The notes beneath the pieces are model-generated. The model saw nothing but the letters and a program-made list of their open reading frames with translations, was not told the origin of the DNA and searched no databases. From an uncultured virus (IMG/VR IMGVR_UViG_3300032050_009172) (Duplodnaviria > Heunggongvirae > Uroviricota > Caudoviricetes), in the IMG/VR virus record IMGVR_UViG_3300032050_009172: a stretch of DNA of 64,000 nucleotides. The stretch is one strand, 5' to 3'. Numbering within the stretch: position 1 is the stretch's first letter; each line of letters begins with the position of its first letter. Positions 58,768 through 64,000 of the stretch are shown here, in pieces. Both the position numbers and the translations under genes were made by a program.

Positions 58768-59871
58768 CCAATGGCCACCTTCAATGTGTTGATGCAGTAG
58801 ATCAGACATTGTGGCTTGAAACTGAATCTGGTAACTGCGCAATCTAGCTTGGTTGTGATCCAGTATGGCTTGTATGCGTTCATACAACACTTTGGGATTT
58901 TCAAAATATGCCAACTGCAATACCTGATGCATGGCCCGTTCAAATCGTATGCTGTCCACAGGATGTTCATCGTAGCTTTCGTCAAGGATACTGCTAAATG
59001 TTTCAAACCCTAGTTCGCGCATGCGAGCAAGAAATCCTTGTGCGCCAAAAAACACAAAAATTCTTCTGGCTAACAAACACTTGGTAACTTTTTCACTCCA
59101 GAAAAATGTTGTGCCAGTGCCCAGTGTTTCACACACAATGCTGTAATGACTGCGTTGATAGATGTTCCAGGGCACATATGGACTGATACTGCGAGTGATG
59201 TTGTCCGTGACTTCCCATGCAGGATTTAAGTTTGCACTCACGTAAGGCCACTTTAGCGGAGTGTCATAAAAAGTCTGCTGAAATTGATCACAGTTTCTGT
59301 CAATCAATTTGCCTTCAAAGCAATCTCTGTAGGTCACAATGCTACGATCCAACAGCCCAGTTTTGTCCATGGCCATCATCACATAGTCACGGTGCGGTCT
59401 ACGTGCTCCTAACAGTGCTTCAAACATGTAGGGTTTTTGATCTTGGTAGGTGTCTTGGTATTCGTTGTGTCGCAAGAGATTGTAAGCCCACCAAGGGCGA
59501 TACACCATGCAGGATTGATCCAATTCTTCTCCTTGCACAAGACCGCCTACTGCCAACACATAACGTTGAATTTTGTTTTTTTCAATCCAGGCACGTATTT
59601 CTTTAACACTGTAGTATTCAATGTCACTCAGCAGTACCAAATCAAACTGACTGAGATCCATGTCAGCCAGTGCTGGATCATAATCAAACACGCCGGGCTC
59701 GTTGCACAGCACACGAAATGCTGCTACAGACCACGGTTGACTCAGCGCCAGTGCAGGATCGTTGGTAGTTTCAAATCTGCCCAGACCCCAATCAGCTGTG
59801 ACATCAATACTTTGTGATGCAGGTTGATACACAGGATATCGGAACTTTGCTGGGTATGTTATTGTGTACAT
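58744..59871 (-). CDS. putative glycosyltransferase-like protein
   Basis: R.HR, YSIVCET, SEK..KC, GFETF...DESYD, HN. Confidence 0.55.
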   Translation of the reverse strand: MYTITYPAKFRYPVYQPASQSIDVTADWGLGRFETTNDPALALSQPWSVAAFRVLCNEPGVFDYDPALADMDLSQFDLVLLSDIEYYSVKEIRAWIEKNKIQRYVLAVGGLVQGEELDQSCMVYRPWWAYNLLRHNEYQDTYQDQKPYMFEALLGARRPHRDYVMMAMDKTGLLDRSIVTYRDCFEGKLIDRNCDQFQQTFYDTPLKWPYVSANLNPAWEVTDNITRSISPYVPWNIYQRSHYSIVCETLGTGTTFFWSEKVTKCLLARRIFVFFGAQGFLARMRELGFETFSSILDESYDEHPVDSIRFERAMHQVLQLAYFENPKVLYERIQAILDHNQARLRSYQIQFQATMSDLLHQHIEGGHWLWDDEVG

Positions 59872-60728
59872 TGCTTCACCATGTGTTGATAATGTTCAAA
59901 ATTAGGTATGTCCAATGTGTCCCAATCAAGTTGCATGCTTTGACTTAGGTCCGGCACAGCATCACATACTGCATTGAACTCTTTGGCATTCAATGTAGAC
60001 AACAGCTCCAATTGATTGTATTCAAAACGTTTCTGAAAAGTGTAGTTGATGGGATCACAACATGCTGCCCAGTTTCCTATCAATTCATATTCTGAAAACC
60101 ATTTGATTATTTCGCCTGTGCCCCAGGGAGGTATTGTGGGCATGCCAGGAACAGCGTCAATAATAGCGTCCAGCCACAGTTTGTTGGGCCAACGTTGGGC
60201 CAGCAGTTTGCGCAATTCAAGCCAGTGTGTGCGCAGTACAGGCACAAGCTCTGACACAAAACAATGCGGGCTGGCCTCTGGCAATCCAGTAATGCTTTCA
60301 AATACCCCATGATAACTGCCGTGCTTGGTGTCAGGTATCACAAGATAATTCAGTTGTTCACCATCCCAGCATCTATAAGGTTCAATCATAAAAGTGTCAC
60401 AGTCATGCATGAGTATGACATCTTCTTCCAACAGGTCTCGGTAGGCCAGTTTGATTGCTTGTTGTCGCAACCACCAGCCCCGATAGTCATGGTCAAACAC
60501 CCAGTTGTTGACTTCAGGATAGCGTTGGTATATCACACTGTCATTCATGTACTTTAGCTGTGAAGTATCAATACCATAGCGTTCAAACACTGGCCATAGT
60601 TCATGCTGTGGCACTGGCGAAGCTATTATGGTGTAATCTATGCCCAGTAAATTATGGTCCCACTGCATGGCAAAACATGCATGTGGCACACGATATCTTG
60701 CTAGGAACAATACTCTTGCTACAGTCAT
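59859..60728 (-). CDS. DUF6492-like putative glycosyltransferase
   Basis: GWWLRQQAIKL, DCD, FSEYEL.GN. Confidence 0.6.
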   Translation of the reverse strand: MTVARVLFLARYRVPHACFAMQWDHNLLGIDYTIIASPVPQHELWPVFERYGIDTSQLKYMNDSVIYQRYPEVNNWVFDHDYRGWWLRQQAIKLAYRDLLEEDVILMHDCDTFMIEPYRCWDGEQLNYLVIPDTKHGSYHGVFESITGLPEASPHCFVSELVPVLRTHWLELRKLLAQRWPNKLWLDAIIDAVPGMPTIPPWGTGEIIKWFSEYELIGNWAACCDPINYTFQKRFEYNQLELLSTLNAKEFNAVCDAVPDLSQSMQLDWDTLDIPNFEHYQHMVKQCTQ

Positions 60729-60771
60729 AACAAGTTGACAATTTGATTCATGAATTGTTGTAGATCTTTAT

Positions 60772-61818
60772 TCATGTTCGATTACAAGTTACTACACATT
60801 GATAAGTTCTGCCAGCCGCAATGCTAGACTCATTCCAGGTTTGTTCCACACGTTCAAACCATTCAAGACAGTGTTCAAGAGGATATTCCAATGCATTGTT
60901 TTCTGTTACTAATGGAGCCAGTTCTTGATTGCCGGGATGATTCATGGTATGCGGATAAAACCCCAAAAAGCAGCAGGGATAAACAGAGCCGTCGGCAGCT
61001 ATGTATATTTCTCGATTGCGTTTGTGATGACACTGCATGTCTAGCACAGGAGTATCTTTGTGATGTGTGATTGTTTTGGCATCGTACCAAGTGATATGAC
61101 TTTCCAAAAAAGGATGCACTGTTTGATTGGTAAGACCGCCAGGGTCTGGACCAATCTTGTGACTGAATGTGCCGTCTCGATTGTATACCGACGTGCGATC
61201 TCTTCCATCATAGATATTTTCAAACTTTGCAAAGCCCATTTGGGCAGCCATATCTCTGCAGGCCTGTTCCTGATGACGGTTATGATCAAACGGCACAAAC
61301 CTCCATACAGCTTGTCCACCAGCGTTGATCAGTGCTTGAGCATGTGAAATTATTCTATGCCAGTCTGTGTCTTGGCGATACAAATGATGCGTGTCTGCTA
61401 GGCCATCAATGGCAAAACCCACTGTAACTTTGGGTAGAGCCAGTCTTGCCCACCATTCTGGACTGCGCACAGAACCATTGGTATTGATAATAACAGGTAC
61501 CTGATGCTCTACCAGGTATTCTACTATTTCAACAGCATCACGTGCAGAAGCAAAATCACCCAGATTTCCATTGAATGCCACACCTCTAAATTCATATATG
61601 ATTGGCACACGATCTCCAATGGGCGGATCGGGCTGAATTAGTTGTGCTAAAACGTTAGGAGTTAGAATTTTCTTGAAATCTCCAACACTGAGTTCACACA
61701 GCGGATATCCACTATTGTAATCATACCCTCGATAGTTTCTCATGCACATGGGGCATCTGGCATTGCATCTAGTGGTCAATTCCACATGCACTTTGCGTAT
61801 ATCATTCAATTTTAGCAT
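60772..61818 (-). CDS. radical SAM/SPASM protein
   Basis: CNARCPMC, GN.GD, NTNG, IDG, G.VYPCC; ATG 61818 lies 4 nt after TAAATA. Confidence 0.85.
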   Translation of the reverse strand: MLKLNDIRKVHVELTTRCNARCPMCMRNYRGYDYNSGYPLCELSVGDFKKILTPNVLAQLIQPDPPIGDRVPIIYEFRGVAFNGNLGDFASARDAVEIVEYLVEHQVPVIINTNGSVRSPEWWARLALPKVTVGFAIDGLADTHHLYRQDTDWHRIISHAQALINAGGQAVWRFVPFDHNRHQEQACRDMAAQMGFAKFENIYDGRDRTSVYNRDGTFSHKIGPDPGGLTNQTVHPFLESHITWYDAKTITHHKDTPVLDMQCHHKRNREIYIAADGSVYPCCFLGFYPHTMNHPGNQELAPLVTENNALEYPLEHCLEWFERVEQTWNESSIAAGRTYQCVVTCNRT

Positions 61819-61855
61819 GCAATATTTATAGACCCACTTAATGATAAATATCTTT

Positions 61856-62140
61856 ATGAACAAAAAGTTTGTCAAGGTAATTTGCGAAGTTTATTGCCAA
61901 GGTTGGACTGACCCTCCAACCTACCGAGCTTATGTCAATAATGAATTGTTTACCGAACGCACCTGGGTTTGGCGTGATCAGCATTTGGAAGAGTCTTTTC
62001 AAATTGCCGCAGAACCAGGTAAGTACAAGTTGCGCTATGAATTATTGCCTGGAACATTAGCGTCAATACAGCAGCTGAATTGGCGTGTGGTTGATGGCCC
62101 GGGCATGATAGACAGCGGCGGCGAGTTGGAAATACTATAA
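61856..62140 (+). CDS. hypothetical protein
   Basis: TAAATA 5 nt upstream; YR.YVN.ELFTERTW. Confidence 0.7.
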   Translation: MNKKFVKVICEVYCQGWTDPPTYRAYVNNELFTERTWVWRDQHLEESFQIAAEPGKYKLRYELLPGTLASIQQLNWRVVDGPGMIDSGGELEIL

Positions 62141-62352
62141 TGAAAATTCAAGAAATCATGGAAAATGCGTCAGTGGGCGGCACCAGTGCTGGTAGTATAG
62201 CACCTGTGAGCCAGGCCTTAGGCATGGTGTCAAGATCAGGCGGATCCTTGTTGAGTGGTAAATATACAACTGATCCTACGCCTAACACGCCCAAGGAATA
62301 CAAAAGGAATAAGAATGTTAGCGGACGCTTTAAAAACACTCCTGGCAACTGA
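62140..62352 (+). CDS. small putative internal head protein
   Basis: MKIQEIME then ASVGGTSAGSIA. Confidence 0.65.
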   Translation: MKIQEIMENASVGGTSAGSIAPVSQALGMVSRSGGSLLSGKYTTDPTPNTPKEYKRNKNVSGRFKNTPGN

Positions 62353-62755
62353 GGAGGCTTTTGCTCTCAAAGCCAAACAGTTCCACTGGAACGTTGAAGG
62401 CCCAGACTTTGGCCAGCTTCACGCTTTCTTTGACGCAATCCATGACGATGTTTATGGTGCTACAGATCCCACAGCAGAATACATACGTGCCCTGGGCGAC
62501 TATGCTCCTGGTAGTTTTGAACGATTTGTAGAATTAACAAAAATACAGGGCCAAACAAAAATTCCACGTGCCCGACTCATGCTAGAAGAACTCTTGGCCA
62601 ACAACGGCCAAATGTTGGATCTTCTCAATCAAGTCTTCCAAGTAGCAACTGAAGAAAACCAACAAGGTATTGCTAACTTCATTGCTGAACGCATCGATGC
62701 TCATCAAAAGCATGGCTGGATGCTGAGAAGTTACCTGAAAGAAGAAAGAGCATGA
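62315..62755 (+). CDS. dps: Dps/ferritin-like protein
   Basis: FHWNVEGPDF.QLH.FF, D..AEYIRALG, H.K..WMLRS. Confidence 0.92.
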   Translation: MLADALKTLLATEEAFALKAKQFHWNVEGPDFGQLHAFFDAIHDDVYGATDPTAEYIRALGDYAPGSFERFVELTKIQGQTKIPRARLMLEELLANNGQMLDLLNQVFQVATEENQQGIANFIAERIDAHQKHGWMLRSYLKEERA

Positions 62756-63477
62756 GTTCGGACATTAGATCAATACTGGAACGCCTTGCGGCGGTAGAAG
62801 GTAAACTTACGCCAGTAGGCGTCAAGCATGGGCTTAACACACAACAAAAAGGTGTGCCACAGTTGCCTGCGCTGTTCAAGCCTAAATCAGCCAGTCCTGC
62901 GTTGCGTGCCAAAAAAGATCCAGCACATCCAATGGATGGATACATGGTGGGTGATTCTGTAGAGCCCAGAAAATCCGCACTAGAAGAAGCCATGCAAGAA
63001 GTTGAAGAAGATATGTTGAGCAAGGTCAAGAAGGACCTTACACAATATCTTGATCAGTTGGAACAAAAAGTTCGAGTTGATCGTGAACTCAAAGACAAAG
63101 CAGTTGACGCTGTGGAAAAAGGTCAAGCCGAAGAAGAAATTGAAGAAGATGACTACGAGTTGACAGATCCCAGCACAGTGCATGGCATCGAGGACAAAGT
63201 AGACACTCAGCTAGGCAACCCACAACAGCCTATCAATGACATGTCAGAAACATCATCTGCTCCGGTAAAAAGTTACGCCATGGAATATGGTGTTACCTTT
63301 GAATGTTATGGCAACGAAAAGGATGGATTTGAACTGCGGCAAGGTAATAGATCCATGCCCAGCAAATTTAAAAACCTAGACCATGCTGACATGGCAGTAA
63401 AGTTGTTTCAAAAACGCAGAGCAATGAAACAACAGGCTCAACAAACAAGCCAACAAGATTATTTGGATGAACGCTAA
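62752..63477 (+). CDS. hypothetical acidic protein, possibly head-associated
   Basis: DIRSILERL..VE start; multiple LEE/VEE/IEE; ends DYLDER. Confidence 0.65.
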   Translation: MSSDIRSILERLAAVEGKLTPVGVKHGLNTQQKGVPQLPALFKPKSASPALRAKKDPAHPMDGYMVGDSVEPRKSALEEAMQEVEEDMLSKVKKDLTQYLDQLEQKVRVDRELKDKAVDAVEKGQAEEEIEEDDYELTDPSTVHGIEDKVDTQLGNPQQPINDMSETSSAPVKSYAMEYGVTFECYGNEKDGFELRQGNRSMPSKFKNLDHADMAVKLFQKRRAMKQQAQQTSQQDYLDER

Positions 63478-63478
63478 A

Positions 63479-64000
63479 ATGATATACACTGATCTAATCA
63501 AACCAACTACCACAATCAACGAGCAACAGCTTGACGAAATTAGCCTGGACCAGGTTGGTCGAGGCATTGGCGGCCTTGTCGGCGGCATTGGTAAAACAGC
63601 AGGCGCTGTGGCAGGTATTCCGCAAGGCCTGGGTCGAGCAATTAAAAAAGGTTATCGTGGATCAGTAAAAGGCATTGGTGGCGAAGATGATGCTGGCAGC
63701 ACAGTGCCCGGCGCAGCCTATGGTGACACATCTGGCGCCAAGGCCGGCGGTAAAGCAGAAATGCCAATTGGATCTAATACGATTAATCCTCGTACCGGCA
63801 AGCCCTATGTGCCTAGTGATTTTTCTGGGCCGTCAGGTGGTAGTGCAACAGCAACACCTGCACCTGCTGCTTCTGGCGGTGGCGGTGGCGCAGCAGCCAC
63901 ACGAGATGCTGACACAGTCAAAACAGAACTGCGCAATTTAGATGCAGCCTACAAAACAAGACGCAATGCGCTAAACAAAGAACTTGAAGCACTGTCATCA
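63479..64000 (+). CDS. Gly/Ala-rich protein, truncated by window end (not in ORF track)
   Basis: MIYTDLIKPTTTINEQQLDEISL...; open to the window edge. Confidence 0.7.
   Translation, partial: MIYTDLIKPTTTINEQQLDEISLDQVGRGIGGLVGGIGKTAGAVAGIPQGLGRAIKKGYRGSVKGIGGEDDAGSTVPGAAYGDTSGAKAGGKAEMPIGSNTINPRTGKPYVPSDFSGPSGGSATATPAPAASGGGGGAAATRDADTVKTELRNLDAAYKTRRNALNKELEALSS

Noticed and set aside
63675..63941. ORF-track 88-aa ORF
   Set aside because: It is out of frame within the better-supported ORF starting at 63479.
1..64000. Stop-codon reassignment
   Set aside because: Conserved genes are full length in the standard code, and TAG (2047, 11144), TGA and TAA all end genes at expected positions.
1..64000. 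tRNA/rRNA genes, introns, inteins, DGR or transposase
   Set aside because: Intergenic gaps are too short and show no cloverleaf; no RT, homing nuclease or intein motifs were recognised by eye. A covariance search was not run.
1..64000. Bacterial chromosome or eukaryotic giant virus origin
   Set aside because: Housekeeping-like genes are interspersed with fibre, lysis and clamp-loader genes under phage-type promoters; SD sites and spanins indicate a bacteriophage.

Overview
This is a densely coding, mostly plus-strand segment of a large tailed dsDNA phage with T4-like features. The genetic code is standard, and the spanin pair points to a Gram-negative host. In order, the window holds: (i) a host-takeover/auxiliary block (Hc1 histone-like protein, BI-1/YccA, NadE, SleB hydrolase, an ACP-desaturase-ketosynthase operon, IF-1, SOD, ErpA); (ii) tail-fibre and baseplate genes; (iii) a stand-alone DnaE fragment, GroES, clamp loader, PhoH, and radical-SAM/2OG/kinase-nucleotidyltransferase genes; (iv) a dispersed lysis set (spanins, GH19 endolysin, 3-TM holin) with an S8 protease and a lectin-like protein; (v) DnaJ and ClpA/B; (vi) a glycan-modification island and Dps. 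The most striking signal is a family of late-expressed modular proteins. They have T4 capsid-targeting-like N-termini, and their modules are joined by a QG(V/M)AE linker that is also conserved as an 18-bp DNA repeat. Their cargo includes a nucleotidyltransferase, a zincin, an amidoligase, a Zn finger and an RMF-like module. I infer these are protease-processed, capsid-packaged polyproteins built from shuffled cassettes. Two promoter classes are visible: sigma70-like promoters, most carrying an inverted repeat, and TAAATA late-type promoters, many of which appear leaderless. All calls come from reading motifs by eye; no database searches were run.
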